Of a DNA stretch of 64,000 bases, positions 19,284 to 27,819 are shown piece after piece. The stretch covers positions 78,702 to 142,701 of the forward strand of contig JAHLMT010000001.1 in the NCBI GenBank assembly GCA_018920185.1, in the 5' to 3' direction. A program made the translations under genes and the position numbers. The stretch is from Candidatus Aenigmatarchaeota archaeon. GTDB taxonomy: Archaea > Aenigmatarchaeota > Aenigmatarchaeia > CG10238-14 > SCSR01. Position 1 is the stretch's first letter, and each line of letters starts with the position of its first letter. A model generated the notes under the pieces. It saw only the letters and a list, made by a program, of their open reading frames with translations, had not been told where the DNA came from and did no database searches.

Positions 19284-21650
19284 ATGATAACAAAAGTTAG
19301 GTTAAAAAATTGGCGATCACATCTGAATTCTACTTTAGAATTCTCCAAAGGAACTAATGCTTTGATAGGAATTATGGGAAGTGGGAAAACAAGCATTCTC
19401 AATTCTATATGTTTTGGTCTTTTTGGGACAACTCCTGAGATACAATCAAGAAAACTTAAATTAGACGACTTGATAATGAATAAACCTTATTCAAAAGATA
19501 CAGCTGAAGTCGAAGTATTCTTCAGAATCAACGGAAATGAATATTCTGTCAAACGCATCATAGAAAAGAAAAAAGGTACAACCTATTCAGAATTGCGTGA
19601 AAATGGTAAGCTGATAGAAGCGCCAAGCACACAGAGAGTTAACGAACTTGTAGAAAAAATTTTGAAAGTTGATTACGAGCTTTTTAGTAAAGCTATTTAT
19701 TCAGAACAAAATGCTCTCGATTATTTTTTAACTATTCCTAAAGGTCAGAGGATGAAAAAAATAGACGAACTTCTGATGATTGATAAATTTGAAAAAGCCC
19801 GAAGTAATACAATCTCATTGATAAATAAAATATCCGAGAAGAAATCAACAATGGAATCATTACTTGGTAAAGTGAACTTGACAGAATTGCAACAAATGGT
19901 TACCAACATTAAATCGTCACTTGAAAATATTATACTAGAAAAATCTCAATTAGAGAAAGAATTAAAACAAGTTGTATCGACACGCCAGGCTATAGAAAAT
20001 GAACTGAAAATTTTATATAAAACCAAAGAAAATCTCGAAATTTTGAAAAGAGATGAAGCAAGTTTGTCGAGTGCTGTCAATGAACTTTCTTCTTCTATTA
20101 AAGAATTAGAAGAATCTGTAAAAAATGCTGATAAAGAAGAGATAGAAAAAAATGTAAAATCTTTTACTGATATACTTGATAAACTTGAGAATACTATTCG
20201 TGAAAAACAAGAAGAATACCAAAAACTTGCTGACCAGTATTCAAAAGCAAAAGCTGAGGCAGATATTTATAAAAAAGAAACTATAGCTCGACTGCAGAAT
20301 GAACTTGAAGAAAAACTACAACTCCAACGGGATGCTGAAAAAATTAAAAAACAAATAGGTGATGATGCAGATGCGGCACTCGAAAAAAAGAGGGGACTTG
20401 TAGAAAAGTATGTAGGCAAGATAGAAGCTCTTAGAATAAAAATCGAAGATTTATCAAACATAATAGATCAACTTTCGTCAATTAAAGCAAAGTGCCCTAT
20501 TTGTGAATCTAAAATAACAGAAGAGAAGAAAGTAATTCTTATAAAACAAAAGAAAATGCAGATAAAGAATTTGTACGAAGAAATGGAATATGCAACAAAA
20601 CAAAAACAAATAAATGAACAAGAGCTTAGAGATCTGGAGGTCGCCGTCAATAAGTTGAATAAAATACTCGATGCAATAGAAGGACTGAGCGATCTAAAGA
20701 ATAATCTTGAAAATACTCAACATATTTATGCTATTCTTGAAGAAAGTTCTATAAAGCTTGAGCACGAATTGAAAACGGTGAAAAATGAAATTGAGAAAAT
20801 GAACAAAACTCTGACCGAAGCACGTAATCAAAAACAAAAATTGGAATTAATGCTTTTACAGATACGTGATTACGAATCTAAAAAATCCAGAATCGATACA
20901 CTAATCAAACAGAGAGAAGAAATCATCCATCATTTGAAAAGTTTAGAGAAGACAATTTTTGGACGGGACTTACATGCTGTGGAAACTGAACTGAGAAATT
21001 TAGTTGGAAAAGAAAAAGAAATTTCAACAAGAATATCAGCATTAAATCAGCTCCTATCTGAAAGAGAATTTAGATTGAAAGATCTTGAATCGACTTTAAC
21101 TCAAGCAACAAAAGAAAAAGAAGAGATTAAGAAATTGGAGAATCTTATTATTCAATTAAGAGTTTTCGAAAAAGCGCTTGAAGAGACACAGATACAATTG
21201 CGACAGGAGTTTGTCACACTTGTTAATTATTCCATGAATCAACTATGGCAGACTCTGTATCCTTATCAAGACTTCACAGGAATAAGATTAAAAGTTGAAG
21301 AAGGAGATTATGTACTTCAACTATTATCAAGAAATGAATGGGTTAATGTTGAAGGTGTAGCATCTGGTGGTGAAAGAAACATAGCAGCTCTGACATTAAG
21401 AATTTCATTTTCGTTAGTGCTAGCACCGAATTTAAGACTACTTATTTTGGACGAGCCTACAGCGAATATGGATACCAAATCAATAAAGGTTTTAGCAGAT
21501 ACGTTACGCGAAAGAATCGGAGAATTTATAGATCAATGTTTCCTTATTACTCACCAAAGTGAATTGGAAGATGCTGTTACAGGATATGCTTATAGATTAG
21601 AAAGAGACAAATCAATCGATGGATATACGCAAGTTATACGGCTTAATTGA
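19284..21650 (+). CDS. rad50: Rad50 ATPase
   Basis: Walker A GIMGSGKTSILN, a long coiled coil with the zinc hook KAKCPICESK, the signature ASGGERNIAALTLR, and Walker B LLILDEPT. Confidence 0.93.
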   Translation: MITKVRLKNWRSHLNSTLEFSKGTNALIGIMGSGKTSILNSICFGLFGTTPEIQSRKLKLDDLIMNKPYSKDTAEVEVFFRINGNEYSVKRIIEKKKGTTYSELRENGKLIEAPSTQRVNELVEKILKVDYELFSKAIYSEQNALDYFLTIPKGQRMKKIDELLMIDKFEKARSNTISLINKISEKKSTMESLLGKVNLTELQQMVTNIKSSLENIILEKSQLEKELKQVVSTRQAIENELKILYKTKENLEILKRDEASLSSAVNELSSSIKELEESVKNADKEEIEKNVKSFTDILDKLENTIREKQEEYQKLADQYSKAKAEADIYKKETIARLQNELEEKLQLQRDAEKIKKQIGDDADAALEKKRGLVEKYVGKIEALRIKIEDLSNIIDQLSSIKAKCPICESKITEEKKVILIKQKKMQIKNLYEEMEYATKQKQINEQELRDLEVAVNKLNKILDAIEGLSDLKNNLENTQHIYAILEESSIKLEHELKTVKNEIEKMNKTLTEARNQKQKLELMLLQIRDYESKKSRIDTLIKQREEIIHHLKSLEKTIFGRDLHAVETELRNLVGKEKEISTRISALNQLLSEREFRLKDLESTLTQATKEKEEIKKLENLIIQLRVFEKALEETQIQLRQEFVTLVNYSMNQLWQTLYPYQDFTGIRLKVEEGDYVLQLLSRNEWVNVEGVASGGERNIAALTLRISFSLVLAPNLRLLILDEPTANMDTKSIKVLADTLRERIGEFIDQCFLITHQSELEDAVTGYAYRLERDKSIDGYTQVIRLN

Positions 21651-23153
21651 TTACATAAATGTTTCCAAATCTCTCTCGTCAATCCGTTTATTATTGAAGT
21701 TCAAAATCTCATCTTCCAGTTTCATTCCCTTTTCTGAAGCTTTACTTTTCCTTTCTCTCACATTAACTAAAACAGGATAGTTCACAGCTTCGCCGACGAT
21801 ATACGCTTCACCAACTTTTAATCCAGGAATAGAATTCAAGATACTACCTGTAATTCCTTCAGAACTTTTTTTGATATGGTCTAAATCATAAGGATTTGTC
21901 ACACGCATAATCACATGAGTGTTACATTGAGATAATGCAGTTGTAGATAATCTAACTGGTCTTTGCGTAATTAAAGTTAAGCATGCATTAAATTTTCTAC
22001 CCTCGCGTGCTATTTGTTCTATTACCCCACGGGATAATGCACTTTCGTATTCTTCTCCTTCTGGTGCGAATTGATGTGCTTCTTCTATGAATAAAACAAA
22101 AGGAGGAATTTTCTTATACCTTCTTGCTTCGAATAACTTCTTTGCAAAATATGCAACAATTATTTGTTTCTTTTTCAAATGTACTATGTCAGACAAATCA
22201 AAAATTGTCAAATTACCCGGAAATGCAAGTTCATTTAATGACGGAGAGTCTTTATTACCGAATAATCCCGTCGAGTTTAACCCATATATCCAAGACAGCA
22301 TCGGAGCTTTTGTTTTTGAATTAATGCTACTATTCTCTATTTCTGTAATCACATCTTCAAGTGAATAAACTTTCTTTTCTTCTTTAAGTTTTTTAATTAT
22401 ATGAAACAGTTCTCTTTCTTGTACTCCTGACATTTCAGGAATTAAATCAGCAAGTTCAGAAGATGACAAATTGTGAGTTGCAATAGAAATGCTTTTTTCG
22501 TTGAAAATTTTTGTTGATGTTCTATATTTCTCATCTTGAGCAAATCCAGCATATTCACCATGAGGGTCAATCACGATTATCGAAGGTCTTTGTTTCCTTT
22601 CTTTATTTAGAAGTTCTTCTATTAATATGCTTGCCAAATAACTTTTTCCAGCGCCAGACATTGCAAGTATAGCTAAGTGTTTTTGAAATAATTTCGTTAT
22701 ATTCAACTTTGCATCAATATTATGAAATTCGATTTTGCCTAAATTTACGCCAGAGTTGACGTCTAATCCAAGAATATTATACAACAAATTTTCCTCAATC
22801 GGATATACTTCATTGCCAGGTGAAGGAGGAAAAGTAACTTGTTTTTGTATGCCATTAGAGAACACGCATAAAGGATATGCCTGAGCTATCAAATATTCCC
22901 ATCTGTCAACAGGAAACTGTTCTACTAATGATCGACCAGAACGTTCAAATTCGCTAACAGATTCAGCACGTTGATAATAGCGATTTGTTTTTATTATATC
23001 CTCAACTCTCGCAACTAGTATTCCATCTTGTGTATTCAGTTGAACGAACTGACCCTTTCTAATAGGTACACCTTTGTTGTCGTTTAAAACAAACCAGAAT
23101 TCTGTACTATTAGGTCCAGAGTCGGATGAAATAACAGTTCCTATTTCCCGCAT
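21651..23153 (-). CDS. herA: HerA helicase (FtsK-HerA superfamily ATPase)
   Basis: An N-terminal HAS-barrel region, Walker A LAMSGAGKSYLASILIEE, and FtsK-like ATPase domain. The start was trimmed to MREIGTV. It is convergent with and abutting rad50. Confidence 0.85.
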   Translation of the reverse strand: MREIGTVISSDSGPNSTEFWFVLNDNKGVPIRKGQFVQLNTQDGILVARVEDIIKTNRYYQRAESVSEFERSGRSLVEQFPVDRWEYLIAQAYPLCVFSNGIQKQVTFPPSPGNEVYPIEENLLYNILGLDVNSGVNLGKIEFHNIDAKLNITKLFQKHLAILAMSGAGKSYLASILIEELLNKERKQRPSIIVIDPHGEYAGFAQDEKYRTSTKIFNEKSISIATHNLSSSELADLIPEMSGVQERELFHIIKKLKEEKKVYSLEDVITEIENSSINSKTKAPMLSWIYGLNSTGLFGNKDSPSLNELAFPGNLTIFDLSDIVHLKKKQIIVAYFAKKLFEARRYKKIPPFVLFIEEAHQFAPEGEEYESALSRGVIEQIAREGRKFNACLTLITQRPVRLSTTALSQCNTHVIMRVTNPYDLDHIKKSSEGITGSILNSIPGLKVGEAYIVGEAVNYPVLVNVRERKSKASEKGMKLEDEILNFNNKRIDERDLETFM

Positions 23154-23185
23154 AGTTTTTAAATTGATTATTAAAAGATAAAAGT

Positions 23186-23944
23186 ATGTCAATCAAACTG
23201 ATAACCGATTATCCTGTAGCATTTATTACTGATAAGAAAATTCTAGTTATTTCAGATACACATATAGGTATTGAATACACTCTCAACCAATCTGGCATTC
23301 GTATACACAAACAGATAGAAAAATTCAAAGATATACTCGATAAATTAATCGAGTTAACAAAAGCAAAGACTTTAGTAATCCTAGGTGACGTCAAACACAA
23401 AGTTCCTGGTGCTACAATTCAAGAGCTGAAAGATATACCCAAATTCTTAGAATACCTCTCAACAAAAGTAAAAGTTCTTATAACCAAGGGAAATCACGAT
23501 GATTTTTTAGAAAACATGATACCAACAGAAGTTAAGCTATATGGAAGCAGAGGTTTCAAAATTGGCAGATATGGTTTCTTTCACGGACATGCATGGCCTG
23601 GTAAAGCACTTACGAAATGCGATTATTTATTTATGGGTCATATCCAACCATCAATAGAATTCAAAGACAAGCTTGGCTACCAATCTTGGCAACAGGTATG
23701 GTTGAGAGGCAGACTAGATAAGAATGTGATTAAGAAAAGGTACAAAATAAATTCAACTGGTAAACTAAATATTATTATTCTACCATCTTTCAACTCCTTA
23801 CTTGGAAGTCTGAATGTAGTAGAAAAAGAAGATTTATCCGGTCCATTACTAACAAGCAATGCCATGAAGCTGGAAGAAATGAAAACTTATCTTCTGGACG
23901 GGACTTATCTTGGAATACTTAAATATATCCAAAAAGAAATTTAA
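23186..23944 (+). CDS. calcineurin-like metallophosphoesterase
   Basis: Motifs VISDTHIG, LGDVKH, GNHDD and FHGHAW. It sits where NurA is usually found but is not NurA-like. Confidence 0.75.
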   Translation: MSIKLITDYPVAFITDKKILVISDTHIGIEYTLNQSGIRIHKQIEKFKDILDKLIELTKAKTLVILGDVKHKVPGATIQELKDIPKFLEYLSTKVKVLITKGNHDDFLENMIPTEVKLYGSRGFKIGRYGFFHGHAWPGKALTKCDYLFMGHIQPSIEFKDKLGYQSWQQVWLRGRLDKNVIKKRYKINSTGKLNIIILPSFNSLLGSLNVVEKEDLSGPLLTSNAMKLEEMKTYLLDGTYLGILKYIQKEI

Positions 23945-23948
23945 TAAT

Positions 23949-25313
23949 ATGAAACCACTTCTGATATCTTTAGTAATGTTCTTAGCTTTAACTGGTGTAG
24001 CATTAGCACATGAAGTTGCTACAGCTTCTGCAGATCAGATAGGTAATGTTAGAGCAGGTGTTACACCTGATTCATTTCTTTACAGATTAGATGCAGCCAT
24101 TGATAACATTCGTTATTTATTGACATTTGACTCTGCGGCAAAAGCCAAAGTTGGCTTAGAGATTGCACGTGAAAGATTGTTAGAAGTCAAAGAAATGATC
24201 GCCAAAAATAAAATAGAGGCGGCACAAAAAGCTCAGAAAGAACACGCTAAAACTTTAGAAAAAGTTAAATCTTCTATTACAACTTTATCGAGAGACAATT
24301 CAACACGAGAACTCACAGAAACCCTTGAGCTAGAGAAAGAAATTGAAGAGCATGAAGAAGAAGTTAATACTATTAGTGGGGAGTTGAGAATAAAAATTGA
24401 AGTAAAAGGAAAAATTACTCCAGAGCAACAAGCATTAATAGATTCTTTTCTGAATCTGATGCAAAATAAAACAAGTGAAGCCAAAGTAAAAATTGAGAAC
24501 AAGAAAGACGAGGTTAAAGCCAAAATTAAAATTGAAACAGGAAAATCTGATGAAGAAATTGAAGATGATATTAAAAATTTAGAAAGAAAAACTGGTTTAC
24601 TAGACATTAAACAAACAAAAGCAAAAGAACAAATAGACGATTCACTAGAAGAAATAGCTAAAGTTCACTCGCTTTTATTACAAGTCAATGAAACCCAAAT
24701 AAATATCACAGCAGCAAAGATTTTGCTTTCTAGAGCTGAGGATCATTTATCACGTGCCCAAACAACTTTTAACGAAGCAAAATTCGGCGAAGCATTTGGA
24801 TTAGCAAACTCAGCTGAGAGGTTAGCTAAAAGTGCTGAAGAAATTCTAGAAAGATTGCTGAAAGTCAAAGAAGTCAAAAGAGAAATTGAAGTGGAAGTCG
24901 AAGGAGGTGTAGCAAAAATTAAAGTAGGGATAAACGATTTCAAATTAAGGTATAGATTAAATACAACAAACAAAGATGAAATTGTAAGTGACATCGCGGC
25001 TAAAACCGGGTTAAGTATAGAAGAAATTAATTCTGCTTTAGAATTTAAAGTGAAAGAAGCTGAAAAAGAAACCGAACTAGAAGCTGCGGTTGAAGAAGGT
25101 ATTGCTAAAATTAAAACTAAGATAGGTGGTATAGAAACCAAATTTGTAATACCAACCGAAAACAGATCTGAAATTATTTCTAAGATTGCCCAAAGAACTG
25201 GTCTAGAACAAGCAAAAGTAGAGGAAATACTTAAAATAGAAATCGAAAAATCTAAAAGCAGTAAATTAGGTATATCCAGCTCTGAAAAGTCTGGTGAATC
25301 GGAGAAAGATTAA
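23949..25313 (+). CDS. secreted Lys/Glu-rich alpha-helical protein with two internal repeats
   Basis: The signal peptide is MKPLLISLVMFLALTGVALA, with the start moved to this Met. The units GGVAKIKVGINDFKLRY...DEIVSDIAAKTGLSIEEI and EGIAKIKTKIGGIETKFVIP...SEIISKIAQRTGLEQAKVEEI are repeated. Confidence 0.6.
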   Translation: MKPLLISLVMFLALTGVALAHEVATASADQIGNVRAGVTPDSFLYRLDAAIDNIRYLLTFDSAAKAKVGLEIARERLLEVKEMIAKNKIEAAQKAQKEHAKTLEKVKSSITTLSRDNSTRELTETLELEKEIEEHEEEVNTISGELRIKIEVKGKITPEQQALIDSFLNLMQNKTSEAKVKIENKKDEVKAKIKIETGKSDEEIEDDIKNLERKTGLLDIKQTKAKEQIDDSLEEIAKVHSLLLQVNETQINITAAKILLSRAEDHLSRAQTTFNEAKFGEAFGLANSAERLAKSAEEILERLLKVKEVKREIEVEVEGGVAKIKVGINDFKLRYRLNTTNKDEIVSDIAAKTGLSIEEINSALEFKVKEAEKETELEAAVEEGIAKIKTKIGGIETKFVIPTENRSEIISKIAQRTGLEQAKVEEILKIEIEKSKSSKLGISSSEKSGESEKD

Positions 25314-27043
25314 AGTTCAGTCAATAGTTCCTTTTCACTATCCGTCAGCTTATCATAGACTTCCTTGAGAATTTTCAAATCATTCTCACTTAACGCTGAA
25401 ACAAGCTTGTCGCCTTCAAATATATGTCTGCCAATAGTGACATCTTCCATACTAATCGCAACTTTATCCCCTTTCTTAGCTTCACTAATAGTTTTCCCTT
25501 CACTCTGTATTTCCTTCACACGACCTATAATTTTCCCGTTTCTTTTAAGCAATACACCAGCTTTTAAAACACCTCTAATAACCTCGACTCCGAATATTGC
25601 AGGATGTGACATTCTAAATACGGCATCTTTCAGAAATAGCAATTCTACAGGACGACTAACAGTTTCCAACTTCTTTTGCAATTCTTTTTCTTTCCTTTCA
25701 TCACACCATTTCTTATAATCTTCTATCAAACGATAAATGACATTATTTTCAAAAATAGTTACACCTAAATCTTTTGCAATATATTTCATTTCATCAGAAA
25801 CTCTGACATTAAATACAAGAATAACTTTTTTCAATTCATCCTTGTTGCTTTGAGCATTAACAATATCTTCTCTTGTGACCTGTCCGACGTTAGCTTTTTT
25901 TATTGGTATACCTTCTTCTGTCAAAAGTTTTATCATAGCTTCTAAACTACCCAAACTATCAGCTTCAATAACTACACCATCAATATCTTTTGTGAACTCT
26001 ACTCCCTCAACTTCTTTTTGTACCACTTCAACATATTTTTGAATCTCGTCCTCTGATTTTACAGCGATAATAGGAGACCCAGAAATTACATTCTCAAGAT
26101 TAGGTGCGGATATTTTGATTCCTGCTGCAGCTTCCACTTGATCAACGCTCTCAAATTGTCTTTCGACCCTTAATTCTTGCAATTCTCTCGGTCTGAGTAA
26201 TGCTTTTACTTTTGTAATTACAGGCTCTTTACCTCCTACTATCAAAATATCTCCTTTGCGAATTACACCATCATATAATATAACATCAATTGTGGTTCCT
26301 AGCCCACGGACTTTTTTAACTTCCAGCACAGATCCCCTTGCAACGTCAGACAAAGATAACCTATCTTTCAGAAATTGTTGAGCTAATCCGGCTAACATTA
26401 ACAATAATTCGGGTATGCCATCCCCAGTTATCCCCGAACATGGTACAATAGCAACCTGTTTTGTAAAATTAGTAATCTTGTCAAATCTTTCAGAATCAAA
26501 TCCCCTTTCAGCTAATTGAGCAACTAAAGAATAGAACTTTCTGTCGAATTCTTCCAGTACATAATTTTGTTGTTTTTCCAAATTTTCAGAGAAAGAACTA
26601 GAATATGAAAACCACCCTGGGATTTTATCGATTTTTGTAGCAGCGACAACAAAAGGTGTTTTGTATTCTTTTAGAATTGCAAGGGCTTCATCTGTCTGTT
26701 CTTGAAAACCTTGGATAATGTCAACTACCAGAATAGCTAAATCAGCAACACTTCCACCGCGTTTTCTTAAAGTCACGAATGCCGCATGTCCAGGCGTGTC
26801 TATAATCAATAATCCTGGAATTACTAATTCTATTTTAAACTTTTCTAAAAGTGTACCACAAATTTTTTTTATTGTTTGTATTGGTATGTTGGTAGCTCCG
26901 ATGCTTTGAGTTATAGCTCCAGGCTCTTGATTAGCAACAACAGTACCTCTAATCTTGTCTAATAAAGTTGTTTTTCCGTGATCCACATGACCTACTGTGA
27001 GAATTATAGGTGAGCGTATCATTTCTACCACTTGCCATAACAT
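25310..27043 (-). CDS. infB: translation initiation factor aIF5B (IF2 homologue)
   Basis: G-domain IILTVGHVDHGKTTLLDKIRGT, DTPGH and ATKIDK. The length of 577 aa is typical. The true start may be the internal MIRSP, about 27022. Confidence 0.92.
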   Translation of the reverse strand: MLWQVVEMIRSPIILTVGHVDHGKTTLLDKIRGTVVANQEPGAITQSIGATNIPIQTIKKICGTLLEKFKIELVIPGLLIIDTPGHAAFVTLRKRGGSVADLAILVVDIIQGFQEQTDEALAILKEYKTPFVVAATKIDKIPGWFSYSSSFSENLEKQQNYVLEEFDRKFYSLVAQLAERGFDSERFDKITNFTKQVAIVPCSGITGDGIPELLLMLAGLAQQFLKDRLSLSDVARGSVLEVKKVRGLGTTIDVILYDGVIRKGDILIVGGKEPVITKVKALLRPRELQELRVERQFESVDQVEAAAGIKISAPNLENVISGSPIIAVKSEDEIQKYVEVVQKEVEGVEFTKDIDGVVIEADSLGSLEAMIKLLTEEGIPIKKANVGQVTREDIVNAQSNKDELKKVILVFNVRVSDEMKYIAKDLGVTIFENNVIYRLIEDYKKWCDERKEKELQKKLETVSRPVELLFLKDAVFRMSHPAIFGVEVIRGVLKAGVLLKRNGKIIGRVKEIQSEGKTISEAKKGDKVAISMEDVTIGRHIFEGDKLVSALSENDLKILKEVYDKLTDSEKELLTEL

Positions 27044-27091
27044 CTATTCAAACTTATCAATTTTTAAATACATCTAATAATTAGTGATTTC

Positions 27092-27538
27092 ATGCCGTTA
27101 AACATACAAGAAATAATTCCTATAGGTTTGTGTATAGCAACCCAAGACCTGATAGATGCAAAAAGATTTCAGCAAAATTTTGCTGATAACTTGATTTTAA
27201 GAAATCGTGATGTGATGCTAGAAAAAAAGATAACACCCATAAAAAGAGAACTCAATTCTTCTGTACATCAAAAGAAATATCTAGAAGGACACAAAACAGC
27301 TATTATAAATAACATTGATAAAATAATTGCTCTAGTCTCAGCTAGATATACAGAACTCGATTTGAATTTGGTCGACTCTATAGTTTATAATGGCAAATTG
27401 ATAATAGAAAAAGTTTTAAATGCGGAATCATTTGAAAAAATTGCCGAGTTAAATGCAATATTCAAATCCAAAATAACTTTACCTGTTTATGACCTGTTTA
27501 TAAAACATTTGAAGAAATCACGTATTTCGATGATCTAA
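27092..27538 (+). CDS. hypothetical protein
   Basis: A 148 aa ORF with a good start context and no recognisable motif. Confidence 0.4.
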   Translation: MPLNIQEIIPIGLCIATQDLIDAKRFQQNFADNLILRNRDVMLEKKITPIKRELNSSVHQKKYLEGHKTAIINNIDKIIALVSARYTELDLNLVDSIVYNGKLIIEKVLNAESFEKIAELNAIFKSKITLPVYDLFIKHLKKSRISMI

Positions 27539-27697
27539 ATGTCTGATATCGAAAATGAAATAGAGAGATTGAAGATGAAAAAAATTGAGATAACTCATAA
27601 GTTAAACATGACAGAGTTTGTTGACGAGAAAGAAGAATATATGAAAGATCTTGAAAAAATCCAAAAACAGATTGATATCTTAGAAAGAATGAGATAA
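27539..27697 (+). CDS. small coiled-coil protein (52 aa), hypothetical
   Basis: An uncalled ORF, MSDIENEIERLKMKKIEITHKLNMTEFVDEKEEYMKDLEKIQKQIDILERMR. Its ATG directly abuts the upstream stop (TAAATG). Confidence 0.3.
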   Translation: MSDIENEIERLKMKKIEITHKLNMTEFVDEKEEYMKDLEKIQKQIDILERMR

Positions 27698-27819
27698 GCT
27701 ACAGTTTCCTGCCTATAAGCCATCTGAACATTATGAAAATGAATACAAGTAACATTAAACCAAGTCCGATTATTATCCAAGTCATAGGATCAAGAAGATT
27801 CAATAATTGTGGCATACGC

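Noticed and set aside
23186-23944. Considered calling this ORF NurA because it sits by herA
   Set aside because: The sequence carries the calcineurin-like phosphoesterase motifs DTHIG, GDVKH, GNHD and GHAW. NurA has an RNase-H-like fold without these, so the ORF was labelled metallophosphoesterase.
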